Source of the DNA: a virus
IMG/VR virus record: IMGVR_UViG_3300010157_000040
Span: 32,001 to 96,000 of that record
DNA length: 64,000 nucleotides
Direction: 5' to 3' (one strand)
The notes beneath the pieces were generated by a model, which had not been told where the DNA came from, did no database searches, and saw only the letters and a list, made by a program, of their open reading frames with translations. Within the stretch, counting starts at the first letter, position 1, and each line of letters begins with the position of its first letter. This document shows positions 1 through 9,798 of the stretch, piece after piece. A program made the position numbers and the translations under genes.

Positions 1-1005
1 GCTGAACTTGATGGATTAATTTCTCAAGAAGAAGATGCAGGTAATAAAGGAAGACCAAAAGTAGACAAGTCAGGTCTTTTAGATTTAGCACAGAAAATGA
101 TTGAAGAAGGATCTTTAATTCCATTTGATGATGATAAACCAATTGAAGAATATACTACAAAAGATTTCAGAGAATTATTTGAAGCAAATACTGAAGACAA
201 AGTAAATAAAGTAAGACAAAATACTCCAAAAGAATTCTTTAATGCTTTACCAGAAGAACTTCAGATTGCTGCAAAGTATGTAGCTGATGGTGGACAAGAT
301 CTTAAAGGTCTTTTCAGAACACTTGCACAAGTAGAAGAAATGATTCAGTTAGATCCAACTAATGAGTATGATCAAGCAGAAATTGCAAGACAGTATTTGT
401 ACACAACAAATTTTGGAACTGCAGAAGAAATTGAATCTGAAATAGAAGATTGGTATGATATGGGTAAACTAGAGCAAAAAGCTAATCAGTTTAAACCTAA
501 GTTAGATAGAATGCAAGAAGAGATTGTTGCAAGACAACTAGCAGAACAAGAACAAAAGAAAGAGAAACAACAAGATGCAGCAAGAGTGTATACTGATAAT
601 GTATATAATACACTTTCAGTAGGAGACATAGGAGGTATTAAACTGGATAAAAAAACACAAGGTATGTTATATTCAGGATTGGTACAACCTAATTACCCTT
701 CTATTTCCGGGAAACCTACAAACATGTTAGGACACTTATTAGAGAAGTATCAGTTTGTAGAACCTAGACATGATCTTATTGCAGAAGCACTTTGGTTACT
801 TGCAGATCCAGATGGATATAAAGGTAAAGTAAGAGAACAAGGTAGTAAGATTGCTACTGAAAAAGTAGTAAGACAATTAAAAACAGAAGAGTCAAGAAAA
901 ATAACTTCTTCAGTAAATGAAGAAAGAGATAATGACAGAAGACCAAGTAATAAACCAAAACAAACCCTCTCTAGAAACACTGGCAACATGTTTAGGAGAT
1001 TTTAA
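1..1005 (+). CDS. Putative scaffold/head assembly protein immediately upstream of MCP (5'-truncated)
   Basis: The frame is open from base 1, so ATG 97 is probably internal. Acidic, helical, with a basic C-terminus (…NMFRRF). Its position just before the MCP matches the conserved crAss-like gene order. Confidence 0.6.
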   Translation, partial: AELDGLISQEEDAGNKGRPKVDKSGLLDLAQKMIEEGSLIPFDDDKPIEEYTTKDFRELFEANTEDKVNKVRQNTPKEFFNALPEELQIAAKYVADGGQDLKGLFRTLAQVEEMIQLDPTNEYDQAEIARQYLYTTNFGTAEEIESEIEDWYDMGKLEQKANQFKPKLDRMQEEIVARQLAEQEQKKEKQQDAARVYTDNVYNTLSVGDIGGIKLDKKTQGMLYSGLVQPNYPSISGKPTNMLGHLLEKYQFVEPRHDLIAEALWLLADPDGYKGKVREQGSKIATEKVVRQLKTEESRKITSSVNEERDNDRRPSNKPKQTLSRNTGNMFRRF

Positions 1006-1032
1006 TTAGTAACAAATAAACAATAAATAAAA

Positions 1033-2649
1033 ATGGCAACTCCAGTAATGAACAATGGTATTTTCCTCCGGGATACCGCTTACAATGCAAGTTCCCATGT
1101 GGATTCATACCACCTGGTGAATATGTTAAAAGATGCAGAACCAATGGACTTAGGTCCAGTAGACCTTTGGGCAATGGCACAAAGGGTAGAAATGCCTCTT
1201 TACCAATTATCATCTTTTGGTGGTAAAAATGTAATTAATGTAGACAATGCTCGTGGAGAGTACAAATGGCAAACACCAGTTTCCATTGACCTTCCATACA
1301 TCATTGAAGATATTGAATCTGATAACAACTTTAAAGGTATAGATGGTACAACCTTCCGTATCAAATTAAACAAGAGAGAATTTGGACATGGTGATATTAT
1401 CACATATGACAAATACAATGGTGTTGAGATGTACATCACTGCAGAAGATATTCTTCCAATGGGTGATGGATTTATCTACACTGTACAGTTAGTTAACAAT
1501 GATAACTACAAGTACATTGATAACAAGTACTTATCCAATGGTACTAAAGTATTCCGTAAAGGTTCCGCAAGAGGTGAATATGGTGAAAGATTCTCTGACA
1601 TCATCACAAATGCAGGATTCCGTGAATTCTATAACTATGTTGGTGGTGCTGAAGCACACGTACATTATTCTGTATCTTCAAGAGCAGACTTAATGATCAA
1701 AGGTGGAATGAATGCAGATGGTACAGTTCCTGTAACTGAAATCTGGAGAAACTTTGATAAGAACATTGATCCTTCTATCAACTCATTAGAGGACATGGTA
1801 AAAACTATGGGTAAAGATGCAGTTAAAAAAGCATTTGACAATGGTGATTTATCTAGAACATTCTTAACTAATATGGAAGCTGCTCACCTTTCTAAGGTAG
1901 CAACTGACATTGAGACTTACTTAATGTGGGGTCATGGTGGTAGAGTTCGTCAAGATGGACCAGATGATGTTAGATTATCAGTAGGTTTATGGAAGCAGTT
2001 AGATAACTCTTTCAAAAGAGTATACAATAAGAATAACTTTACACTTGATTTGTTCCGTGGAGAAATCTATAACTTCTTCAATGGTAAGGTTGAATTCCAA
2101 GGTCCAGATCCAAAGAGATCATTAGTTGTTCAAACTGGTATGGGTGGAATGAGAATGGTAAATGAAGCTATTAGAACTGAGGCAATTTCTTCAGGTTTAT
2201 TAATTCAAGCTGCTGACATTGGTGCTATCACTGGTAAAGGTATGGACTTGAATTTTGGTTTCTCTTACACTTCTTATGTTATTCCTTTCTTGGCAAATGT
2301 TAAGTTTGTATTGAACCCTGCATTTGACAATGTTCACACAAATGATATTGAGAATCCAATTATTGATGGTTTCCCATTAAGTTCTTATTCATTCATTATC
2401 TTTGATATCACTGATAATACTAATGATAATATCTTCATGTTGAAATTATCTTGGGATAACCAATTGAAGTGGTGGTACCAAAATGGTACAATGGATTATA
2501 TGGGACGTAGTCAAGGATTCCAGTCTTCTGGACAATTTAATGGATACCGTGTAATGATGTCACAAACAATGCCAGCTATTTGGGTAAAAGATCCAACTAA
2601 GGTATTGAAGATTGTTATGAGAAACCCAATTACTGGTGGATCATTCTAA
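1033..2649 (+). CDS. Major capsid protein (crAss-like)
   Basis: 538 aa. The sequence resembles crAss-like MCPs (EYKWQ, GSARGEYGE, VQTGMGGM, PAIWVKDPT). C-ending codons (ttc, aac, tac, atc) are visibly enriched, suggesting high expression. A terminator follows. Confidence 0.85.
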   Translation: MATPVMNNGIFLRDTAYNASSHVDSYHLVNMLKDAEPMDLGPVDLWAMAQRVEMPLYQLSSFGGKNVINVDNARGEYKWQTPVSIDLPYIIEDIESDNNFKGIDGTTFRIKLNKREFGHGDIITYDKYNGVEMYITAEDILPMGDGFIYTVQLVNNDNYKYIDNKYLSNGTKVFRKGSARGEYGERFSDIITNAGFREFYNYVGGAEAHVHYSVSSRADLMIKGGMNADGTVPVTEIWRNFDKNIDPSINSLEDMVKTMGKDAVKKAFDNGDLSRTFLTNMEAAHLSKVATDIETYLMWGHGGRVRQDGPDDVRLSVGLWKQLDNSFKRVYNKNNFTLDLFRGEIYNFFNGKVEFQGPDPKRSLVVQTGMGGMRMVNEAIRTEAISSGLLIQAADIGAITGKGMDLNFGFSYTSYVIPFLANVKFVLNPAFDNVHTNDIENPIIDGFPLSSYSFIIFDITDNTNDNIFMLKLSWDNQLKWWYQNGTMDYMGRSQGFQSSGQFNGYRVMMSQTMPAIWVKDPTKVLKIVMRNPITGGSF

Positions 2650-2666
2650 TCTAAATAAATAAAACT

Positions 2667-2698
2667 AAAGGGAGAATGTAATAGTTCTCCCTTTCTTT
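2667..2698 (+). terminator. Rho-independent terminator after MCP
   Basis: Perfect 10-bp stem AAAGGGAGAA/TTCTCCCTTT followed by CTTT. Confidence 0.75.
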
Positions 2699-2738
2699 AA
2701 TTAAAAAAATTTTAACCAACAACTAAAAACCAAACAAG

Positions 2739-3755
2739 ATGGAAGATTTCACAATGGTGGAAACCAATAAAGCTAACAATAAAAAAACTGCTATTGCAGT
2801 AAGACCGTTCTTTGATAATGCAGCAACTAATATGGGGCTGGAAAATTATGGTATGTCACTCTATGATGGAGTGAAACACTTTGAACAACTTGCTTGTTTA
2901 GAGAACAATGGAGTAATAAGATACATAACAGGTTTAAATGAATTTGCACCTGAAATTAAATTATTACCAGTAGAACAAAGAGATGCTAGAGTAAAAGAAA
3001 TTAGAATAGCAATTATAGAACTTGAGAAAGAACTTGCTGCTAATGTTTTAGAGATTGATGATCCAAAGTTTTGGAACAATGTTAAAATACTTAAGCCGGA
3101 TAATAAAGAATTTTGGAATAAAATATCAATTGCATGTGGAAATGATCCGTTGTTTCTAGATCCAAAAGATCCTTATGACAGAATTAAATTACATGCAATT
3201 GAAGCAGGAGGTTTCTCTATAGTTGCTAAAAGTTTTGATGATGCAAGATCAAGAGCAGTTCCACCTAAGTTTTACTTAGATAAAGAAGAAGAAACTGTTA
3301 TGGTTAGAACGGAGTACAAAAAGATGCGTAACAAAGCACTTGCTGAACTTCAAAAATTATTTGATAAAAACAGTACTAAGTTATTCTACATAGCAAAAGT
3401 TGTAGATTTAAATAGTACACAATATAGAAAGTCAACACCAAATGATGTTATATATGAGAATATGGACATGTACATTAATGGTGAAGGTGGAGAAAGCAAC
3501 AAGGAAAGAGCAGCAAAATCTTTCATTGAAGCAACAACAATGGATATGGAAACACTAAAAATTAAATCAATTGTTAGAGATTCCGTATTTTTTAAGTATA
3601 TTATTAATAAGCCTGATGGTTATATTTATCATGCAAAGTCAAATGCTTTACTTGGTAGAAATGTATCTGATGTAGTTGAGTACATGAAGAATCCTTTAAA
3701 TGAAGATATTCTTAAAGATCTTAACATGGCTGTAGAAAAATTATGGAACTCTTAA
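2739..3755 (+). CDS. Conserved crAss-like protein downstream of MCP
   Basis: 338-aa ORF in the slot of the conserved post-MCP gene. Function unknown. Confidence 0.6.
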   Translation: MEDFTMVETNKANNKKTAIAVRPFFDNAATNMGLENYGMSLYDGVKHFEQLACLENNGVIRYITGLNEFAPEIKLLPVEQRDARVKEIRIAIIELEKELAANVLEIDDPKFWNNVKILKPDNKEFWNKISIACGNDPLFLDPKDPYDRIKLHAIEAGGFSIVAKSFDDARSRAVPPKFYLDKEEETVMVRTEYKKMRNKALAELQKLFDKNSTKLFYIAKVVDLNSTQYRKSTPNDVIYENMDMYINGEGGESNKERAAKSFIEATTMDMETLKIKSIVRDSVFFKYIINKPDGYIYHAKSNALLGRNVSDVVEYMKNPLNEDILKDLNMAVEKLWNS

Positions 3756-3767
3756 AAATTAAATATA

Positions 3768-3995
3768 ATGAAAAAAATAGCAACAAAAAGTAAAAAATCT
3801 GGTGGTGTAGTAGTTAACGTTAATTCAAAAGTTAAGAATGATGTTTCTCCTAGTACTAAAGGTGTAGTATCTAAAGTTAATCCAAAAGTTACTGCAGATA
3901 AAAGTGCTAAAAAATATATAGGTGGAATTACTAAAGCTCCAAAATCAGCAATACCAAAAGCAAAGTTTGGTGGTATGAAAAAAGGAAATTGTTAA
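3768..3995 (+). CDS. Small Lys-rich basic protein
   Basis: 75 aa, K-rich, with KKSGG/KYIGG/AKFGG motifs. Confidence 0.7.
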   Translation: MKKIATKSKKSGGVVVNVNSKVKNDVSPSTKGVVSKVNPKVTADKSAKKYIGGITKAPKSAIPKAKFGGMKKGNC

Positions 3996-4003
3996 TATAA
4001 TTG

Positions 4004-4033
4004 ATCTAGGTATGTAAAAATACCTAGATTTTT
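4004..4033 (+). terminator. Hairpin / probable terminator
   Basis: 10-bp perfect stem ATCTAGGTAT/ATACCTAGAT followed by TTTT. Confidence 0.55.
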
Positions 4034-4045
4034 AAATTTTTTATT

Positions 4046-4279
4046 ATGGCAATCAAGAAAACTACAACAGTTAAAAAAACACCTGTTAAGAAAACATCAT
4101 CTATTGGTATATCACTTATGGGTAGTAATAAAGCTGACATGAGAAAGTGGGAAATAGAATCTGCATTAAGTACATTAAAAAGAGCAGATGAAATTAGAAA
4201 GAACACTAAGATGATGGCAGATGTTAAAAAACTTGCTCAAGAACAAGTTAATGTATTAAGTTCATTTACTAAGAAATAA
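4046..4279 (+). CDS. Small basic protein
   Basis: 77 aa. K/T-rich N-terminal tail and a helical C-terminal part (WEIESALSTLKRADEI). Confidence 0.7.
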   Translation: MAIKKTTTVKKTPVKKTSSIGISLMGSNKADMRKWEIESALSTLKRADEIRKNTKMMADVKKLAQEQVNVLSSFTKK

Positions 4280-4284
4280 GGATA

Positions 4285-4689
4285 ATGAGAATTTCAAATA
4301 AAAAAGTTTTAAGTGCAGCAACTGTTTTTAGTAACAATAACCGTGATGCATATAAGAAAGCTGGTGGTGAAATGAAAAAATTTAAAACTTCATTAGTAAA
4401 AGCACAGAAGGGTGGTTCAAAAGAAGATCGTGTACCTAATATGGGATATTTTCCAGATTTAATTACACCCATTAAAAAAGGTATGGATGATGCATATAAT
4501 AAAGTAAAAAATGCAGCAAAAGATCCTGTAAGAATTTTAAAAGATACTGGTTCATATATTAAAAAATCTGCAGAAGATGCTGGTTTATACGGTAGTGCAT
4601 TTAAAAAAGTACAAAAAGATATGGATGCTAAAGTAAATAAGAAAATTATTACTGGTATCAAGAAACAAGTTAAAGCAAAAAAATCTTAA
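4285..4689 (+). CDS. Lys-rich basic protein
   Basis: 134 aa with KKAGG and AQKGG motifs. Tightly packed in the operon. Confidence 0.7.
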   Translation: MRISNKKVLSAATVFSNNNRDAYKKAGGEMKKFKTSLVKAQKGGSKEDRVPNMGYFPDLITPIKKGMDDAYNKVKNAAKDPVRILKDTGSYIKKSAEDAGLYGSAFKKVQKDMDAKVNKKIITGIKKQVKAKKS

Positions 4690-4699
4690 AATTTTTAAA

Positions 4700-5518
4700 A
4701 TGAAAAAAGTTAGTACAGTAAAAAAAATGCAAAATGGTGGATCTACAAAATCTCCAGTTAAACCTAACGTTTCTACATCTACAACATCTCCTTCAAAAAT
4801 TAAAGGTCAAGCTTTAAAACTGTGGGGTGATGAAAAAGCAATTAAAGGTGCTATGTTAAAAGATGCTGCTGAAAAATCTAAGAGTCAATCTTTAGGATTA
4901 AAAACACCAGGTACTTTTGGTGATCATACAGTTACAAAAATGCAAATTGTTAAAGGTTCTAATAATAGTGTTGCAGGTAAATCTGGAGCTCAATTAAATG
5001 CAGAAGGTTTAGCAAAGAAAAAACTTGGTGATGCACAAAAAGCAGCAGGTGAAAAATTAAAAGAAATAGGTGATGCTAAAAAAATGGCTGGTAATAAAAT
5101 GAAATATAGCAATACTGTTTTGCGCAAAACTGGTGGTATGGTTAAAAAAATGCAGAAAGGTGGTGCTAAAGAATCTCCATTAGCAAGACAAGAAAGAATT
5201 GCAGAAGAATTTAAACCAGCACCAATGGCAAAAAGTTTGCGTACTGGTCCTGTTAATACTGTTTACTATAGAACACCAGAAGGTGCATATGATCTTACAC
5301 CACCAAAAAATAAAAATAATGTATTTGAAAAAACTTCAAAGACACTTTCAAAAAAGTTAGCAGCTGGTGCAAAACCAAAAAGTAAATTTGGTGGTCCGGT
5401 AAATGTACAACCTGGAAAGATAGGTAAAATTAGATCATCTAATGACCAAGGATATACTGCTATTGGTAAAAGAGAACCTGCTAGAATTATTAAAAAAACA
5501 ATTACTAAAAAGAAATAG
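4700..5518 (+). CDS. Lys-rich, low-complexity basic protein (histone H1-like composition)
   Basis: 272 aa, K/A/G-rich, with MQNGG, RKTGG, MQKGG and SKFGG. Confidence 0.7.
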   Translation: MKKVSTVKKMQNGGSTKSPVKPNVSTSTTSPSKIKGQALKLWGDEKAIKGAMLKDAAEKSKSQSLGLKTPGTFGDHTVTKMQIVKGSNNSVAGKSGAQLNAEGLAKKKLGDAQKAAGEKLKEIGDAKKMAGNKMKYSNTVLRKTGGMVKKMQKGGAKESPLARQERIAEEFKPAPMAKSLRTGPVNTVYYRTPEGAYDLTPPKNKNNVFEKTSKTLSKKLAAGAKPKSKFGGPVNVQPGKIGKIRSSNDQGYTAIGKREPARIIKKTITKKK

Positions 5519-5520
5519 TT

Positions 5521-5847
5521 ATGAAAAAATGTATGAGTTGTGGAGGTACCACAAAGAAAATGGCTAAAGGTGGTTCTACTTTATCTGGTTCTGCAATGGC
5601 AAAACAACCTGGACAATTTTATGGTATTCCTCAAAGTGGAATGACAGGACCTAACAAAAATTCTGTTACAGAAACTATGAAGAAAGGTGGTAGTGTTAAA
5701 CATCCTGGATTTAAAGCAGTTGCATCTAAGATTGCTTCAAAACAAGGTATTAGTAAAAATGCTGCATCTGCAATATTAGCAGCATCTACTAGAAAAGCAA
5801 GTGTAAAAGCAAAAATTGCAAATCCACGTTTGAAAAGAGTTAAGTAA
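5521..5847 (+). CDS. Small basic protein
   Basis: 108 aa. MSCGG, MAKGG, MKKGG, then a helical basic domain (HPGFKAVASKIA…NPRLKRVK). Confidence 0.75.
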   Translation: MKKCMSCGGTTKKMAKGGSTLSGSAMAKQPGQFYGIPQSGMTGPNKNSVTETMKKGGSVKHPGFKAVASKIASKQGISKNAASAILAASTRKASVKAKIANPRLKRVK

Positions 5848-5853
5848 AAACTT

Positions 5854-6051
5854 ATGTTAACACCAAAACAAAAGTTAAAAGAAAAAGTTACATATGCAAA
5901 AGCTATGGTAAAAGGTTATGTAAAAACATTAAAACCATTATCAAAAGAAAGTAAAGCTGCACGTACTGCAAACAATGATTATAAAAAATCCATTGATACA
6001 GAATTTGGTTTACAAAGAAAAGGTGGAACAATAAAATCTAAAAAAAAATAA
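5854..6051 (+). CDS. Small basic protein
   Basis: 65 aa, ending QRKGGTIKSKKK. Confidence 0.65.
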   Translation: MLTPKQKLKEKVTYAKAMVKGYVKTLKPLSKESKAARTANNDYKKSIDTEFGLQRKGGTIKSKKK

Positions 6052-6054
6052 CAA

Positions 6055-6753
6055 ATGCAAAATAGTACCATTACTATTAAAATCAAACAAAGAATCAACA
6101 AATTAGATTCTAATGATTATGACAACATTGAATGTTGGCAAATAGTTGAGGTATTTAATAAAGCACAAGTAGAATGGGCACGTAGACAGTTACATGGTAT
6201 TAACCTAGTAAAAGAAGGTGATGAACAATCTACTAGAAGAAAAGATGATCTACAAGTTTTAATGAATAGTTATACAATGCCAATTGCAGATGTAGAGTAC
6301 TACTATGAGTGTACTATGCCTACTGATTACTTACAATGGAAAAGAGTAGATGTATTTGCAAAAAAAGATTGTTGTGAGAATAGAAGAATGACAGTTTATT
6401 TTGCAGAAGAAGGTAATGTAAATTTACTTTTAAGAGACAAACAAAAACAACCTAATTTTGAATGGGCAGAAACATTTGCTACTTTAAAAGGTAATCATGT
6501 AAATGTTTATACAAATAAAGATTTTGAAATAAATCAAACTACTTTAATATACTACAGACAACCTGTAAAGATTCAGATTAAGGGTTGTGTAGATCCTTAT
6601 ACAGGAGTTGAATCATTAGTAAATGTAAATTGTGAATTTAAAGATGATGTTGTAGAAGTAATAATAGATGAGGCAGTAAGTATACTTGCCGGAGATATTG
6701 AATCTGGAAATCAGTTCTCAAGAGGTACAGAAACAGCAGAACGTAATAATTAA
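6055..6753 (+). CDS. Putative head-tail adaptor / ring protein
   Basis: 232 aa. FNKAQ N-terminal helix, 'mPtDYL' and 'YYRQP' patterns typical of adaptor/ring proteins. Syntenic position. Confidence 0.6.
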   Translation: MQNSTITIKIKQRINKLDSNDYDNIECWQIVEVFNKAQVEWARRQLHGINLVKEGDEQSTRRKDDLQVLMNSYTMPIADVEYYYECTMPTDYLQWKRVDVFAKKDCCENRRMTVYFAEEGNVNLLLRDKQKQPNFEWAETFATLKGNHVNVYTNKDFEINQTTLIYYRQPVKIQIKGCVDPYTGVESLVNVNCEFKDDVVEVIIDEAVSILAGDIESGNQFSRGTETAERNN

Positions 6754-6764
6754 TAAAAGAAATA

Positions 6765-7214
6765 ATGGAAAAACCTAGAATGTTAAAAAGAGATACAACA
6801 ACAAGTACTCCAGAAAAAGGATATATTGGTGGATCACTAGAACAAATTACTGCATCATGTGTATCTGAATTGATGAATGGAGCAACAAGTATTCATAAGT
6901 TACATCTTAAAGTAACAGGACCTGGATCATTTGCAGCACACAAAGCTCTTAATGAATTATATGATGCTTTACCTGATCATGCAGATGCATTAGCAGAAGG
7001 ATTTCAAGGAGCAGCAGAAGTACTTTTAAAATATAATGATGTTGCACCTAAAACATTAAATACTGTTGAAGATGGACTTGGTTATATTAGAATGCTAGTT
7101 GAAATGGTAGATAGTTTACAATCTAAAATGCCATACTCAGAAATAGTAAATGAACTTGACACAGTTAAGTCTACATTAAACTCAGCTAAATATAAATTAA
7201 AGTTCTTGAAATAA
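6765..7214 (+). CDS. Ferritin-like / Dps-family protein
   Basis: HKLHLKVTGPGSFAAHKALNELYD…DALAE matches the Dps pattern H-x-x-V-x-G-x-x-F-x-x-H-x-x-L-x-E-x-Y…D-x-x-A-E. Confidence 0.8.
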   Translation: MEKPRMLKRDTTTSTPEKGYIGGSLEQITASCVSELMNGATSIHKLHLKVTGPGSFAAHKALNELYDALPDHADALAEGFQGAAEVLLKYNDVAPKTLNTVEDGLGYIRMLVEMVDSLQSKMPYSEIVNELDTVKSTLNSAKYKLKFLK

Positions 7215-7220
7215 TTTTGT

Positions 7221-7262
7221 TATATCAAAAACTTTTACTATATTATAGTATATTATATTATT
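7221..7262 (+). promoter_or_regulatory. Putative phage promoter (TTT-n-n-TATATT motif)
   Basis: Intergenic ttttacTATATTata. The same core recurs upstream of 11695, 14562, 25128 and 33288. Confidence 0.45.
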
Positions 7263-7280
7263 AACTAAAAACAAAACAAA

Positions 7281-8930
7281 ATGGCTTATTTTAATCATGC
7301 TTTTAAGAAAGCATTTCTTGCCACAGGCGGGACACAAATTAATACAGTAATTACATATCCTAATGCTAGTACTACAACAGCTACTACATCTGAAGGTTAT
7401 TTAACTACTCAAGGTTTACCAACTTATGCACTTAACCAGTTATCTGCAAATGCTGCATCTGCAACTACTGATGGTTATATTGGATGGTTTAACCCAAAAT
7501 CAAATTTATCTGTTGATATCAATGGTGAAGGATTTGCACCTTGTTGTAATTTATATCTTGCTGGTTCAGCAATTTATTCTAATGACAAGATTGGTCCTTT
7601 AACAGGTGGTTACCAAGAGACTAACAAGTCTAAAATGGTTAACCCTAAGTATGTATCTAGATTTTATTCAGTAGCACCATGTGCTCCACAAAACAATGTA
7701 ATCCATATTGGTTCAACATATTGGACTGCAGGTGGTGGTGCTTTAACTGAAACTATTCTTGTTAATGGTTCAGGTTATGCTCTTACAGGTGTTACTACTG
7801 TAACTGGTGGTACAGGTGAAGGATTAGTTGTTTCTTTTACTGCTGATGGTGGTGGAAACATTCTAACAGCTACAATTATTAATCCAGGAAAAGGATATAC
7901 TGCTGGTGATGTAGTAACTTTAGTTGGTGGTGGTAATGATGCTACATTAACTATTAATACAGTAACTGATGCTCATGCTCAAGTAGGATGTGGTATTTCT
8001 CCAGAATGTTGTAAAGAATTTTATTGTGGTGAGACTTATTCTTTACGTTTAGATGTAAAAGGTTCTCCTGCATTAAGATTTTTAAATCACAATGCATATT
8101 CAACACAAGATGCTTATACAGGATGTTGTCCAGATGGATCAATTGCTCCAGTTGCAGTTGACTCAACTACAGTAATGATTTTATGGGCAAATGGTTTAAC
8201 TACCAATCCAATTGTTGGTCCTTTTGTACAAATTGTTGTGCAAGCTGAAGACGGAACATTATGGTATGCTCCAGGAACATCTGCTACTTGGTTAGCTGCT
8301 AATGGTGCTGATACTTGGAATAATTATGTATCTCCAGGACACGTAGAAGGTGCATGTGCAGGTTTAATCTTAAATGGTGCTTATGTAGATACTAAGTTTG
8401 GAGATTGTACATTCCAACTTTCTGATTTCTATGAAAAAGAGCCAGTAAGATTATATGCTTCTGAAGTAGATTATAATGGTGACCCATGTACATTTACTAC
8501 TCTTTGTGTAGTAACAGAATGTCAAGGTCTTCAAGTTCAAGGTTTAGGAGAAACAGTAGTAAGAGAATTGACTATGTCAGAATCTTACAGACAAAACTTC
8601 TTAGCAACTGACTTTAGGATCCGTGAGATTACTCAAGGAAACCAAATTATTAGTTCAGTTGATAGAAGTCAATTATACTACAGATATATTTTACAACACA
8701 ATGTTCCAAGAAATTATAATCCTTCTGGTACATTTGATGCTGATCAATACTTGTTAGAAGTATTCTCTATAGCACCTCTTACTACATTTTCTAATGATAC
8801 TGCTGGATGGTTAGATTCTTGTGGTGTTTGTGAGATTGATCAATACTCTTGTGATACAGTATGTGATGTTCCAGTGAACTTCCCAGCTGTACCTAAGTAC
8901 AATCCTTACAATGTAGTTTCTTGTTACTAA
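7281..8930 (+). CDS. Virion structural protein (possibly auxiliary capsid/decoration)
   Basis: 549 aa, T/G/C-rich, with an inserted GSGY/GKGY beta-repeat segment. Flanked by its own putative promoter and terminator. Confidence 0.55.
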   Translation: MAYFNHAFKKAFLATGGTQINTVITYPNASTTTATTSEGYLTTQGLPTYALNQLSANAASATTDGYIGWFNPKSNLSVDINGEGFAPCCNLYLAGSAIYSNDKIGPLTGGYQETNKSKMVNPKYVSRFYSVAPCAPQNNVIHIGSTYWTAGGGALTETILVNGSGYALTGVTTVTGGTGEGLVVSFTADGGGNILTATIINPGKGYTAGDVVTLVGGGNDATLTINTVTDAHAQVGCGISPECCKEFYCGETYSLRLDVKGSPALRFLNHNAYSTQDAYTGCCPDGSIAPVAVDSTTVMILWANGLTTNPIVGPFVQIVVQAEDGTLWYAPGTSATWLAANGADTWNNYVSPGHVEGACAGLILNGAYVDTKFGDCTFQLSDFYEKEPVRLYASEVDYNGDPCTFTTLCVVTECQGLQVQGLGETVVRELTMSESYRQNFLATDFRIREITQGNQIISSVDRSQLYYRYILQHNVPRNYNPSGTFDADQYLLEVFSIAPLTTFSNDTAGWLDSCGVCEIDQYSCDTVCDVPVNFPAVPKYNPYNVVSCY

Positions 8931-8956
8931 TAGAATGTAATTAATTACTAACTAAT

Positions 8957-8995
8957 AAAGGGGGAGAAGAGTTCTAAACTCCTCTCCCTTTTTTT
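8957..8995 (+). terminator. Rho-independent terminator
   Basis: GGGGGAGAAGAGTT…AACTCCTCTCCC stem followed by T7. Confidence 0.8.
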
Positions 8996-9010
8996 ATTTA
9001 AAATATTATC

Positions 9011-9571
9011 ATGGCTAATCATGTTTTAAGTTTAGAAGTACCAACAGTAATGAATCCATGCATCTTAAAGATGTTTGATACAAGTGTGTATGCACTTAAT
9101 ATGCCTGTTACATGTCCAACATTAGATGTTACTGTTCCAGGTTTTGCATATTCAAATGAAATTACAGGGATAACAATGAGTAATTTTGTTACTTATGGTC
9201 AGTTAACTTTAACAGCATGTGATTTACAATTGCAAACAAGTAATTGTGGTACTCAATATTTAGAAATTCCTGATGGAATATATATAATTAAATATAGTGT
9301 ATCTCCTAATGAATTAGTTTATGTAGAATATAATCATTTAAGAATTAGTAAAGCATTAGTAAAATATAATAAGATCTTGTGTGATATAGATGCAGCAGCA
9401 TGTGATCCACCATTTAAGATCAAACAAAAACTTGAACAACTCGGATTAATTAATATGTATTTATTAGCAGCAAAATCTAAAGTAGAGACATGTCATGAAC
9501 CTCAGAAAGGAATGTCACTTTATAACTATGCATTAAAACTATTAAATAAATTTGAATGTTCTAATTGTTAA
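9011..9571 (+). CDS. Putative tail hub/collar structural protein
   Basis: 186 aa. 'IPDGIYIIKYSV' motif and a helical C-terminus ending CSNC. Confidence 0.5.
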   Translation: MANHVLSLEVPTVMNPCILKMFDTSVYALNMPVTCPTLDVTVPGFAYSNEITGITMSNFVTYGQLTLTACDLQLQTSNCGTQYLEIPDGIYIIKYSVSPNELVYVEYNHLRISKALVKYNKILCDIDAAACDPPFKIKQKLEQLGLINMYLLAAKSKVETCHEPQKGMSLYNYALKLLNKFECSNC

Positions 9572-9590
9572 ACCTTTAAAACCAAAACCA

Positions 9591-9782
9591 ATGGCTCAAT
9601 GTTCAAATTGTAAAAAAAATCTTTCTTGTGGTTGTCAGAAAAGAACGGCAACAGATGGAAAGTCTGTGTGTACTAATTGTATTACAAATTATCAAGCACA
9701 ACAGTCAATGAAAAATCCAATAACTAAAGTAGCAGGTCAAACACCAACTACTCAACCTACTGGAGTAAATAAAATACAATAA
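9591..9782 (+). CDS. Small Cys-rich (Zn-binding-like) protein
   Basis: Likely start at ATG 9591, after an A/C-rich leader. CSNC…CGC…CTNC. Confidence 0.65.
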   Translation: MAQCSNCKKNLSCGCQKRTATDGKSVCTNCITNYQAQQSMKNPITKVAGQTPTTQPTGVNKIQ

Positions 9783-9798
9783 TAAAATAAAATAAATA

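Noticed and set aside
9552-9590. Longer start for the small Cys protein
   Set aside because: It overlaps the upstream gene. ATG 9591 follows a typical A/C-rich leader.
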